Below, piece after piece: positions 9,730-19,036 of a stretch of 64,000 nt of DNA (positions are counted from its first letter, which is position 1; every line of letters starts with the position of its first letter). Origin of the DNA: Candidatus Omnitrophota bacterium (lineage in GTDB: Bacteria; Omnitrophota; Gorgyraeia; JABMRN01; RBG-13-46-9); contig JADHYN010000006.1 in NCBI GenBank assembly GCA_016782425.1, forward strand, positions 2,190 through 66,189, read 5' to 3'. The notes under the pieces were generated by a model. It did not search any database. It saw only the letters and a program-made list of their open reading frames with translations, and had not been told where the DNA came from. The translations under genes were made by a program, and so were the position numbers.

Positions 9730-11000
9730 TATTTGCACATGTTCTCGCCCTGGCCATATTTCTTGCTACATTTTATTTTATTATTTCCGGTAAGCTCGAC
9801 AGAACAATAGCGAGTTTCGCAGGTGCTATCGTCATGGTTACCGCGGGAATAAGCCTCGGGTTTTACTCTCAGGAAGAGGCTTTTCACGCGATAGACTTCA
9901 ACATGATGGGGCTTTTGGTCGGAATGATGGTCATCGTAAGCGTTTGCAAAAAGACGGGCTTTTTTTCTTACGTGGCGATAAAAGCGGCAAAGGCCTCCAG
10001 GGGATCACCCCTTCGGCTCATGGTCATGATGGGTTGCATCACGGCTTTTCTTTCGATGGCCCTTGATAATGTTACGACCATAATTCTGGTTATCCCCATA
10101 ACTATTCTTATCTGCGACATTCTCGGTATAAGCCCGCTCCCCTTTATAATAACAGAAATTGTATTGTCTAACGTAGGCGGCGTTGGCACGATGGTGGGAG
10201 ATCCGCCCAACATGATGATAGCCTCCAGCGCGAATCTTTCCTTCAACGATTTCCTCATACATCTCTTACCGATTGTTCTGGTTACCATGGTTCTCAGCCT
10301 GGTTGTATTAGCCGTGGTTTTCAGAAAAGAAATCATAAAAAAGCCCAAAGACTTCCGGCCCATACTGGAGATCGATGAAAAAGCCGCCATACGCGACAAG
10401 AAAAGCCTAAAAAAGGTAGCCCTCTCTCTTTTTATAGTTTTTGTCTTATTTTTGCTACAGAAAAGATTGGGTTTAAGCCATTCTTTTATAGCGTTCATAG
10501 GCGCGGGCATAGTTATGGTCCTTGTAAGGCCGAATGTCGAGGAAGTGCTGAAAAACATAGAATGGCCCATATTCGTTTTCTTCGCATCTTTATTCATTAT
10601 CGTAGGTGGGCTTGAACAAACGGGGTTTTTAAATATGGTAGCCGATAGGATCGTTGCCATAGCCACGACAAATTACGGACTGGCAAAACTTTCCATCTTG
10701 TGGTCATCGGCGTTTTTTGCATCAGTCGTAGATCGCATTCCCTTTACCACGGCCATGATACCCATAATAAAACATGTTGGCGAACTCGGCGTTAATGTGG
10801 ATTCCTTGTGGTGGATTCTTGCTTTGGGAGTCGGATTCGGCGGTAACGGTACGCCAATAGGATCTATTGTAGGGGTGGTCGGATTGGCAATGAGCGAGAA
10901 GACCCGCGCTCCCATAGACTTCAAAACGTGGTTTAAGACGGCAACAGTTGTCATGCTGGTTACTATAATTTTTGTTAGCTTTTTGATCGCAATCATATAA
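9726..11000 (+). CDS. ArsB/NhaD (CitMHS/SLC13-like) superfamily permease
   Basis: About 11 TM segments. GDPPNMMIAS and GGNGTPIGS hairpin-loop motifs typical of this ion-transporter superfamily. Confidence 0.7.
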   Translation: MIFAHVLALAIFLATFYFIISGKLDRTIASFAGAIVMVTAGISLGFYSQEEAFHAIDFNMMGLLVGMMVIVSVCKKTGFFSYVAIKAAKASRGSPLRLMVMMGCITAFLSMALDNVTTIILVIPITILICDILGISPLPFIITEIVLSNVGGVGTMVGDPPNMMIASSANLSFNDFLIHLLPIVLVTMVLSLVVLAVVFRKEIIKKPKDFRPILEIDEKAAIRDKKSLKKVALSLFIVFVLFLLQKRLGLSHSFIAFIGAGIVMVLVRPNVEEVLKNIEWPIFVFFASLFIIVGGLEQTGFLNMVADRIVAIATTNYGLAKLSILWSSAFFASVVDRIPFTTAMIPIIKHVGELGVNVDSLWWILALGVGFGGNGTPIGSIVGVVGLAMSEKTRAPIDFKTWFKTATVVMLVTIIFVSFLIAII

Positions 11001-12061
11001 TGGCTCTAAAACAGTACATACAAGATTTAATGAACGATAAGAAGAGCGATCCGTTATCGCAGATTATCAAACTCTGCCTTTTAATTTCTTCTTATATCTA
11101 CGGGGTTCTCGCAATCTCTCATCATTTTTTTTATAAAGTTAATCTACTAAAAAGTTACAAGTCAAAAATTTCCGTCATAAGTGTCGGAAATATTACTTTA
11201 GGAGGTACGGGAAAGACTCCATTTGTGATAATGCTCGCTAAAGAATTAACCAGAAAAAAAAGAAGTGTAGCCGTGCTTATCCGGGGATACGGAGAAGACG
11301 AATGGAAGCTTCTGGAAGATAGATTGGCCGAAGACGCCGTAAAGGTGCTTGTAGGCCGGGACCGCGTTAAATCCGCCAGGAAAGCCGAAACACTCGGTGT
11401 AAACAGTTTAGTTCTCGATGACGGCTTCCAGCACAGGCGTTTAAGAAGAGATTTGGATATAGTGCTTGTTGATTCGACAAATGCTTTCGGCAATAAGCAT
11501 CTTTTTCCAAGAGGCATTTTAAGGGAACCAGTCGCCGGTTTAAAAAGAGCCGATGTCATCGTTTTAACCAAGATGGATAAAGGAAAAGACAGAGCCCCCC
11601 TGGTAGAAAGCGAGATAAAAAAAATAGCTCCCGGAAAACCCGTCATAAAAACCGTTCATAAGCCTAAGAATCTTTTTGATATAGCGAGAGGAGAGATAAA
11701 AGAACTTTCCTTTATTAACAAGAGAAATGTGTGCATGATTTCGGCGATTTGTGATCCGACTTATTTTCGGCATACGATAAATCATACCGGTGCGGGGGTG
11801 AAACTTGAATTTGTTTTTCCGGATCACTACCCGTATAAAAGAGAGGATCTGGACAATATTTTTAAAGCGTGCAGAAAAAAAGGCATAAACACCGTTATCA
11901 CCACCGAAAAAGATGCCGTTAAATTGAAAAAGTTCTCTCCATCAAAAAGCGGTTGTCAAATACTGGCCCTGGGCGTAGAGCTTGAAATCATCGAGGGGAA
12001 AGAAGTATTAGATGATGTATTATCTAGACTATATATGCGCGATTCTCGTAAGAATACTTAA
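11000..12061 (+). CDS. lpxK: Tetraacyldisaccharide 4'-kinase
   Basis: VGNITLGGTGKTP P-loop, DDGFQH motif, about 350 aa. Confidence 0.9.
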   Translation: MALKQYIQDLMNDKKSDPLSQIIKLCLLISSYIYGVLAISHHFFYKVNLLKSYKSKISVISVGNITLGGTGKTPFVIMLAKELTRKKRSVAVLIRGYGEDEWKLLEDRLAEDAVKVLVGRDRVKSARKAETLGVNSLVLDDGFQHRRLRRDLDIVLVDSTNAFGNKHLFPRGILREPVAGLKRADVIVLTKMDKGKDRAPLVESEIKKIAPGKPVIKTVHKPKNLFDIARGEIKELSFINKRNVCMISAICDPTYFRHTINHTGAGVKLEFVFPDHYPYKREDLDNIFKACRKKGINTVITTEKDAVKLKKFSPSKSGCQILALGVELEIIEGKEVLDDVLSRLYMRDSRKNT

Positions 12062-13958
12062 TCTGATTTTGCACGTTCTTCCCATAAAGTTTAATTTATG
12101 GCTGGGAAGGCAATTCGGAACAGTTGTGTATCTTGTGAACACGGATAGGCGTATTATAGGATATACAAACTTAAGAGCCGCTTTTTGTAAGGAGAAGACG
12201 CCCGGCGAGCTTAAAAGGCTTATTAAGAATGTCTATAAAAATTTGACCCAGACCTTTTTGGAGATTCTATCGCTTACGAAGGTAAACAAAAAATACATTA
12301 ATAAATATATAGAAGTAATAAATGCCGAAGATAAATACCAATATGCTAATCATCCCCACGGCGTGATACTTCTAACGGCACACTTCGGAAACTGGGAATT
12401 ATCCGGCATCGTAAGCTCCATCAAGGGTTTTCCGCTTGTGATTCTTGCCAGAGAACAGAAGATGAAAAGGCTTAACGAGCTCATAAATAGACTCAGAGAA
12501 TCAAAGGGCTCAAAGGTCGTTAGGAAAGGCATTACGACAAAGTATATCGTAAAGGCCTTGCACGAAGGCAAGATCATCGGCATGACGGGTGACCAGGATG
12601 CCGGGAAGATGGGTATACTCGCCGATTTCTTCGGAAGACCGGCCTCTACTGCTTCCGGAACAGCCAGGATCGCAGCGAAAACAGGCGCCATTATATTGCC
12701 CGCTTTTATGGCAAGAATAAAAGGGCCGTATCACAGGTTGGTACTGGAAGAGGCGATCAAGATTAAAAAAGGCGAAGACATAGAACCATACCTGGTGCGA
12801 TACAACAAACTCCTAGAAAAGTATGTAAGGATGTATCCCGATCAGTGGCTGTGGCTTCATAGGAGATGGAAATCCAGCCCCATTAAGAAAGTTATCATTC
12901 TTAGCGATGGAAAAACAGGGCACCTCAATCAGGCGCTGGCGGTTTGCAGGGAACTCAAAAGATACAGAGCCCGATCAGGCTATGGGCCGGAAGATACCGA
13001 GGTACACGTCGAAGAAGTCCGGTTTAAGAATACGCTGGCAAAATGGTTACTCAACTTCGTGAGTATTTTCTGCAGCAGAAATTGTCAGGGGTGCATGCGT
13101 TGCGTGAGGGTCTGCCTTGCGAAGGATTCCTACGAAAATTTAATGAAAAGATACTGCGATATCGTCATAAGCTGCGGTTCCAGCGTAGCGAGTTTAAATA
13201 AATTTTTATCGGTGGAAAACAACGCAAAAAATGCCGTTATAATGAAGCCTTCCGTCTTAGGATTAAATAAATTTAACATGGTAATCCTTCCCCGCCATGA
13301 CTCTACCGGCCGCCGGCGGGACCACGTGATAGTAACAGATACCGTTCCTAACTTGATAGACGAGAGTTCCGTTTTGGAAGCCTCGAGAAAAATCGCGAGT
13401 TTAACAAAACTGGAAAGATCTAAAAAGATAGGCGTTCTTTTAGGCGGGGATAATTCGGATTTCGCCTTGACTGACGACATAACAGAAGCGCTTTTGAATA
13501 ACGTTATCAGCGCTTCAAGAAAACTGGATTTTGATTTATTGTTTACGACCTCACGCCGAACTTCCAGAGAAGCTGAAAAAGCCGTGAAGGACAGGTTGTA
13601 TCAGGAGAAATGTTGCAAGTTTCTGGTGATAGCAAACGAAAAAAATATTCCAAATGCCGTTAGCGGCATTCTAGGCCTTTCGGACGTCGTGGTAGTTTCG
13701 GGTGAAAGTGTTTCCATGATTTCGGAAGCCATATATAGCAAGAAGACGGTGGTTGTATTCAGATTAAAAAAGAAAAGAAAGAGAGTTTCAAAGTTCGAAA
13801 AAATGCTCGACAACCTGGAAAAGAAAGGATATATAACTGTTGCGGATGCCGAAGAACTTTCTGACGTTATAGCAAGAAGCCTTCATGCGCCCAAAAAACA
13901 GGGCCTACCCGAAGACCACCATAATATTTATATGCATATGTGGCGGCTGGGGGTATAA
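12012..13958 (+). CDS. Fusion protein: LpxL/HtrB-type lipid A late acyltransferase (aa 1 to about 295) plus ELM1/GtrOC1 (DUF1022) putative glycosyltransferase domain (aa about 296 to 648)
   Basis: N-terminal half has HFGNWELSG and GDQD motifs and ends YPDQWLWLHRRWK. C-terminal half has ILSDGKTGHLNQALAV, VILPRHD, GVLLGGDNS and TTSRRTS motifs of the ELM1 family. It overlaps the lpxK 3' end by 50 nt. Confidence 0.8.
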   Translation: MMYYLDYICAILVRILNLILHVLPIKFNLWLGRQFGTVVYLVNTDRRIIGYTNLRAAFCKEKTPGELKRLIKNVYKNLTQTFLEILSLTKVNKKYINKYIEVINAEDKYQYANHPHGVILLTAHFGNWELSGIVSSIKGFPLVILAREQKMKRLNELINRLRESKGSKVVRKGITTKYIVKALHEGKIIGMTGDQDAGKMGILADFFGRPASTASGTARIAAKTGAIILPAFMARIKGPYHRLVLEEAIKIKKGEDIEPYLVRYNKLLEKYVRMYPDQWLWLHRRWKSSPIKKVIILSDGKTGHLNQALAVCRELKRYRARSGYGPEDTEVHVEEVRFKNTLAKWLLNFVSIFCSRNCQGCMRCVRVCLAKDSYENLMKRYCDIVISCGSSVASLNKFLSVENNAKNAVIMKPSVLGLNKFNMVILPRHDSTGRRRDHVIVTDTVPNLIDESSVLEASRKIASLTKLERSKKIGVLLGGDNSDFALTDDITEALLNNVISASRKLDFDLLFTTSRRTSREAEKAVKDRLYQEKCCKFLVIANEKNIPNAVSGILGLSDVVVVSGESVSMISEAIYSKKTVVVFRLKKKRKRVSKFEKMLDNLEKKGYITVADAEELSDVIARSLHAPKKQGLPEDHHNIYMHMWRLGV

Positions 13959-13965
13959 AGTTGCC

Positions 13966-16056
13966 ATGAATATATTGCAAATAATTTCTAAATTGGATTC
14001 AAGTGATCCGGCGCAGGACGCTATATCCTCAACGAGGGCTTTTACTCTTAAGGGGCACAAGGTTATCGTAGTTTCACCGAAGAGCCCCCTTGTAAAGGAG
14101 ATAGATGAAGTCGGCGCCAGGTACCGCGCAATATCCATCACCAGCAATATTTTTCTAATTCCCATGGCCATTTTCAGGTTATCGCAGATTATTTCAAAAG
14201 AAAACATACAGATCGTGCATGCGCGGGACGGTATATCCTCTTTTGTAGCATTTTTTGCCTCGAGGCTTACAGATACGATTTTAGTCACCACGGCATACCG
14301 GCATTCCGTAAAAAGTCTTTTTGACAGATCGCAGTTTTGGGCGAAGCGCGTAATCTGTTTTAGCGAAAGCGAAGCGCGACGTCTTACAAAAAACAATCTC
14401 GTTCCGCACAACAAGCTGCGCGTCGTCGAACCTTTTATCGACGGCGATAAAATCGCCTGTTTGCGGTTGGACAATCCTCGCGGTTATTTTGTCATAGGAG
14501 CGGTAATACCGTTATTTTCGCATGAATCGGTCCAGAATTTCATAAGAACCGTTTCGATTCTGTCAAGAACAATTCATAAGATAAAGGTTTTTGTTGCCGA
14601 CAGTTCATTCATGCACGGAAAGGACCACGTAGAAAAATTAAAACTTCTCATTCGAAGGCATTCGCTCAGCGATGTTGTCACATTTTTATCCGACCCAGAG
14701 GACATGAAATTGATGTTCGGAGTGGATTTATCAGTACAGATTAATGTAGACGAAAACATATCCGCAAGGCCTTTGTTGCAGGCCCAGGCGTGCGGCATAC
14801 CGGTTGTCGCAACCCGCGCTGACTGGGTAAAAGATTATTTAGAGGATAATAGAACAGCTATAACCTGCCAGGCAGGCAATCCGAGAGACCTGGCAACGAC
14901 AATACTCGATTTATACAGAGACGAAAAACGCCGGGAAGAGATAAAGAACGCGGCAAAGGACTTTGTAAAAGAAAAGTTTAACATAAAAAAAGTAACACAG
15001 TCCACGTTAAATCTTTATGAAGACACCCTATCGAGCATGAACATACTGATTATAAAAATAGGGGCGCTCGGAGATGTGATACTGGCGACCCCGTCAATCA
15101 GGGCCGTAAGAGAAAAATTCCCAAAATCGAAGATAAAACTTCTCATAGATCTGGACAACAGGGAAGTTTTCATGAATTCCCCCTTTGTAGATGAGATGAT
15201 AGTGTGCGATTTTCGCCAAAGAGACAAGGCACTCGGCGGGCTTTTGCGCGTTGCCCGGAAACTGCGCGCCGAGGGATTCGACACCGTCATCGATTTGCAG
15301 AACAACAAAAAGAGCCATCTCTTGTCATTCCTCTCGTCTGCACCCAAAAGGTACGGCTACGATAACGGGAAATTGAGTTTTTTATTGAATCGAAAAATCA
15401 AGGATGCAAACATTCCGATGGACCCGGTGGAGCATCAGTCGAAAGTGCTGGGTTTATTAGGAATATACGAGATCGACAAAAGCCTGGAACTCTGGCCCAC
15501 AAAAGAAGACGAGGCATGGGCGAGGAATTTTCTTGAGTCTCACTGGGTCAAGGGCAATACAAAACTTGTAGCCTTCAATATCGGTTCCAGCCCGAGATGG
15601 ATTACCAAATTATGGCCGGTTGAAAACTTTGTGGAAATCTGTAACAGACTTGGCAAGGATTTTGGTATCCGCGTTATATTAATCGGGCGCGATAAAAGCG
15701 AACCGCGTATAGATGATTTCTTAAGAGACGCCAAATCGAAGCCCATTAAGTCGCTGGGCAAGACAAACATACCACGGCTGGCTTCCCTTATCAAAAGATG
15801 CGACCTTTTGTTAAGTTCCGATAGCGCCCCCATACACGTGGCAGCCAGTGTAAAAACGCCTTTTATTGCCCTTTTCGGACCGACAGATCCCCGAAGGCAC
15901 GTTGCGCCTGTGAATAAATACGTTATTATCAAAAAGGATTTTCCGTGTATACCGTGTTACCGCACCCATTGTGACAGGGGATATGTATGCATGCGTTCTA
16001 TAAAGCCGGACGAAGTATATAATAAAATAATAGAGATGCTTAAAGTCTCCGCCTGA
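13966..16056 (+). CDS. Fusion protein: GT4 (GT-B) glycosyltransferase plus GT9 heptosyltransferase-like domain
   Basis: I chose ATG 13966 because ORF-track start 13885 overlaps the upstream gene. The second half begins with an in-frame Met at 15037 (MNILIIKIGALGDVILATPSIRAVREKFP) and contains SDSAPIHVAA and FGPTDP GT9 motifs. Confidence 0.8.
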   Translation: MNILQIISKLDSSDPAQDAISSTRAFTLKGHKVIVVSPKSPLVKEIDEVGARYRAISITSNIFLIPMAIFRLSQIISKENIQIVHARDGISSFVAFFASRLTDTILVTTAYRHSVKSLFDRSQFWAKRVICFSESEARRLTKNNLVPHNKLRVVEPFIDGDKIACLRLDNPRGYFVIGAVIPLFSHESVQNFIRTVSILSRTIHKIKVFVADSSFMHGKDHVEKLKLLIRRHSLSDVVTFLSDPEDMKLMFGVDLSVQINVDENISARPLLQAQACGIPVVATRADWVKDYLEDNRTAITCQAGNPRDLATTILDLYRDEKRREEIKNAAKDFVKEKFNIKKVTQSTLNLYEDTLSSMNILIIKIGALGDVILATPSIRAVREKFPKSKIKLLIDLDNREVFMNSPFVDEMIVCDFRQRDKALGGLLRVARKLRAEGFDTVIDLQNNKKSHLLSFLSSAPKRYGYDNGKLSFLLNRKIKDANIPMDPVEHQSKVLGLLGIYEIDKSLELWPTKEDEAWARNFLESHWVKGNTKLVAFNIGSSPRWITKLWPVENFVEICNRLGKDFGIRVILIGRDKSEPRIDDFLRDAKSKPIKSLGKTNIPRLASLIKRCDLLLSSDSAPIHVAASVKTPFIALFGPTDPRRHVAPVNKYVIIKKDFPCIPCYRTHCDRGYVCMRSIKPDEVYNKIIEMLKVSA

Positions 16057-16077
16057 GGCGGAGACTTTTGGTATTTT
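16044..16077 (+). terminator. Intrinsic-terminator-like hairpin AGTCTCCGCC-TGA-GGCGGAGACT followed by TTTGGTATTTT
   Basis: Perfect 10-bp stem whose 3-nt loop is the stop codon (16054..16056), followed by a T-rich tract. Same CTCCGCC-N3-GGCGGAG motif as 47833..47864. Confidence 0.6.
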
Positions 16078-16088
16078 ATATTTCATAT

Positions 16089-17192
16089 ATGAGAATATTA
16101 ATACTAACAACACATCTCGACATAGGCGGGGTTTCGAGTTATACCATTAACCTGGCAAAGGGGTTAAAGAAAAAGGGTTTTTCCGTCTACGTAGCCTCAA
16201 GTGGGGGAGAACTTGTAAAAACGCTGGAAGAAAACGGCATTCCGCACATCTTTCTCAATATAAAGACAAAATTCGAATTTCATCCAAAAGTCTTTTTTGC
16301 ACTTTTTAAATTACTGATGTTTATAAACGAAAACAAGATCGACCTTGTTCATGCGCAGACAAGGGTAACACAGGTTGCGGCATATTTGCTTTCCAGACTT
16401 AGCAAAGTCGCCTACGTGAGCACCTGCCACGGGTTTTTCAAAAACACCAGAATCGGCAGAAAGATATTTGGTTCCTGGGGCGACTATGTAATCGCAATAA
16501 GCGATGCGGTAAAAGACCACCTTGTAAAGGATCTCAACGTAAAAAAAGACAAAGTCTTTCTTATATACAACGGCGTGGATACGAGGGCATTTTCCGGTCG
16601 CGTTGGCGATGAAGAAAAAAATATTTTACGGCACAGTCTCGGATTTGAAAAATCTCCCATCATCGGTTCCGTCTCCAGGCTTTCACCGGTCAAGGGTCTC
16701 AGGCATCTTTTCTTCGCAATGAAAGATATATTGAGGGAAATACCGGAAGCACGGCTTCTTTTGGTCGGAGAAGGGCCGTCAAAGGAATACCTGATGGAAC
16801 TTGCCAAAAATTTAGACATTGAAAATAGCGTGTTTTTCGCGCTGAGTACCACCAACACCCAAAGGTTTTTATCAATTATCGACGTATTCGTGTTTTATTC
16901 TTTGGAGGAGGGATTGGGCCTTTCACTTCTGGAGGCCTTGGCGTCCGGAAAACCCTGCGTTGCTTCCTCTATAGGCGGCGTTTCATCCATTATCGAAGAC
17001 GGCGTAACGGGAATTCTCGTTCCCCCAAAGGATACCCACGCGCTTAAAGAAGCCGTAATAAAAATCCTGAAGGATAAAAAACTCAGCCATTCCCTGGCTG
17101 AAAAAGGAAGACGCCTCGTGAAGAATAAGTTCTCTTTAGATCAAATGCTTGAAAGGGTTGTAGAAGTGTATGAGAGGGCAAGCCGGAAATAA
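16089..17192 (+). CDS. Glycosyltransferase family 4 (GT-B)
   Basis: MRILILTTHLDIGGVSSY N-terminus and EGLGLSLLEALASGKPCVAS motif. ATG 16089 is preferred to the TTG at 16068. Confidence 0.85.
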   Translation: MRILILTTHLDIGGVSSYTINLAKGLKKKGFSVYVASSGGELVKTLEENGIPHIFLNIKTKFEFHPKVFFALFKLLMFINENKIDLVHAQTRVTQVAAYLLSRLSKVAYVSTCHGFFKNTRIGRKIFGSWGDYVIAISDAVKDHLVKDLNVKKDKVFLIYNGVDTRAFSGRVGDEEKNILRHSLGFEKSPIIGSVSRLSPVKGLRHLFFAMKDILREIPEARLLLVGEGPSKEYLMELAKNLDIENSVFFALSTTNTQRFLSIIDVFVFYSLEEGLGLSLLEALASGKPCVASSIGGVSSIIEDGVTGILVPPKDTHALKEAVIKILKDKKLSHSLAEKGRRLVKNKFSLDQMLERVVEVYERASRK

Positions 17193-17979
17193 ACGATTTC
17201 TCGCCTTAATACTGGTAATAGTAGTTGCCCTGCTTTTCTGGGCAGGAAAGCTTTTTCTGGACGAGGTATATGTGCCGGTTATTATCATGTATCACTCTGT
17301 CGGCGACGAGACTTCGACGCTTGACGGTTACGGCCAGAAACTGAACGTAAGCCCGGAAACTTTTGCAAAACAGATGAAGTTTCTAAAAATGCGTGATTAT
17401 AACGTAATCCCGCTTGCCGAATTTATCGAAAGAATAAGAGAAGATGAGGAAATACCGCCCGGGACAATAGCCATAACTTTTGACGACGGCCTTAAAAATA
17501 ATTTTTTACACGCCTACCCCGTTTTGAAAAAATACAATTTTCCCGCGACAATATTCGTCACCACGCAATTTGTAGGAAAGAAGAAGTTTCTTACCTGGGA
17601 AGACATGGAAATCATGCAGAATGACAACATATCTATAGGAAGTCATACCATCTCGCATAAATGGCTGCCGTCGTTGGACGAATCGAGCCTTCGCAGGGAA
17701 CTTGTCGGTTCGAAAAAAATATTGGAAGACAGAACAAACCGCAAAATAAAAACCCTGTCATATCCACTGGGAGGCTATAACGATGCTGTTAAAAAAATGG
17801 CTAAAACTGCCGGATATATAGGTGCCGTAGCCACAAACCCGGGAAGAAAACAACCAAAAAATGATCCTTACGTTCTTAAAAGAATCAGAATATCCATGAC
17901 ATCGGATAACCTTATTACCTTTTGGATAGAGACAAGCGGGTATTACACGTTTATAAAAGAGATAAGGGACGAAGACTGA
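17170..17979 (+). CDS. Polysaccharide deacetylase (NodB homology domain), N-terminal membrane anchor
   Basis: TFDDGLKNNF ... ATIFVTTQFVG ... IGSHTISH motifs, with an N-terminal TM helix. Confidence 0.85.
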   Translation: MRGQAGNKRFLALILVIVVALLFWAGKLFLDEVYVPVIIMYHSVGDETSTLDGYGQKLNVSPETFAKQMKFLKMRDYNVIPLAEFIERIREDEEIPPGTIAITFDDGLKNNFLHAYPVLKKYNFPATIFVTTQFVGKKKFLTWEDMEIMQNDNISIGSHTISHKWLPSLDESSLRRELVGSKKILEDRTNRKIKTLSYPLGGYNDAVKKMAKTAGYIGAVATNPGRKQPKNDPYVLKRIRISMTSDNLITFWIETSGYYTFIKEIRDED

Positions 17980-17994
17980 AATAAAATATAAAAA

Positions 17995-19032
17995 ATGATA
18001 AAAGAATACAAGCGTATACTGATAGTAGAGGTTAACTGGCTCGGCGACGTTCTCTTTTCCACGCCATTCATTCGTGCCGTCCGCGAAAAATTTAAAAATG
18101 CCCACATTACCTGCATGATTGCGCCTCGCACAAAAGAAATATTGGAGCACAATCCCCGCATAGACGAATTGATAATTTACGACGAGAAAGGCACGCATAA
18201 AAGTTTATTGGGGAAGTGGCGCCTTGTGTCACAGTTACGGAAAAAAGAATTTGATCTTGCCGTTCTTTTGCACAGGTCATTCACAAGAGCCTTTATGACG
18301 TACCTCGCCGGCATTAAAGAACGCGCCGGCTATAGAACGAAAAAAAGGGGTAGTCTCCTTACACATCCTGTCGAGGCACCTTGGGAACCCTTGCACAAGG
18401 TAGAGTATTTCTTAAAGATCGCCAAGTCTCTCGGGTGTAATATTTCCAATAAAGATTACGAATTTTTCATAACTGGTAACGAAAGGGAATACATCGAGAA
18501 AGAATTATCCAAAACCGCTGTCGAAAAAGAGGATTTTTTGGTTGTTATAAATCCGGGCGGCAACTGGGCTCCGAAAAGATGGGACGAAGAAAATTTCGCC
18601 AGTATAAGCGACATTCTAATATCGAAATATAAAGTGAAGGTGGTTGCCTCCGGCGCGGAAAAAGACATAGAAAGAACCACGCGGATAAAAAAAAGAATGA
18701 AAGAGAATCTCATAACGTTCGCCGGCAAGACAAACTTAAAACAACTCGGCGCTCTTCTGGAAAGGGCAAATGTTGTTATCTCGAGCGATTCCGGTCCGAT
18801 GCACATAGCCGTTACAATGAAATCCAACGTTATAGCATTATTCGGGCCCACTTCACCGCGCCTTACAGGACCGTATGGCAACGGCAGTTACAGGGTAATA
18901 CAAAAGAACGTAGAATGCGAAATTCCGTGCTACGATCTGGCATGCGACAATTATAGATGCATGAAGGCGATAACAGTTGATGACGTTCTGGAAGTTTTCG
19001 ATCACCTATATTCTTCGGTAAAACAGGAATAA
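17995..19032 (+). CDS. Glycosyltransferase family 9 (heptosyltransferase-like)
   Basis: RILIVEVNWLGDVLFSTPFIRAVR, NPGGNWAPKRW, SSDSGPMHIA and FGPTSP motifs. Confidence 0.85.
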   Translation: MIKEYKRILIVEVNWLGDVLFSTPFIRAVREKFKNAHITCMIAPRTKEILEHNPRIDELIIYDEKGTHKSLLGKWRLVSQLRKKEFDLAVLLHRSFTRAFMTYLAGIKERAGYRTKKRGSLLTHPVEAPWEPLHKVEYFLKIAKSLGCNISNKDYEFFITGNEREYIEKELSKTAVEKEDFLVVINPGGNWAPKRWDEENFASISDILISKYKVKVVASGAEKDIERTTRIKKRMKENLITFAGKTNLKQLGALLERANVVISSDSGPMHIAVTMKSNVIALFGPTSPRLTGPYGNGSYRVIQKNVECEIPCYDLACDNYRCMKAITVDDVLEVFDHLYSSVKQE

Positions 19033-19036
19033 TCTT

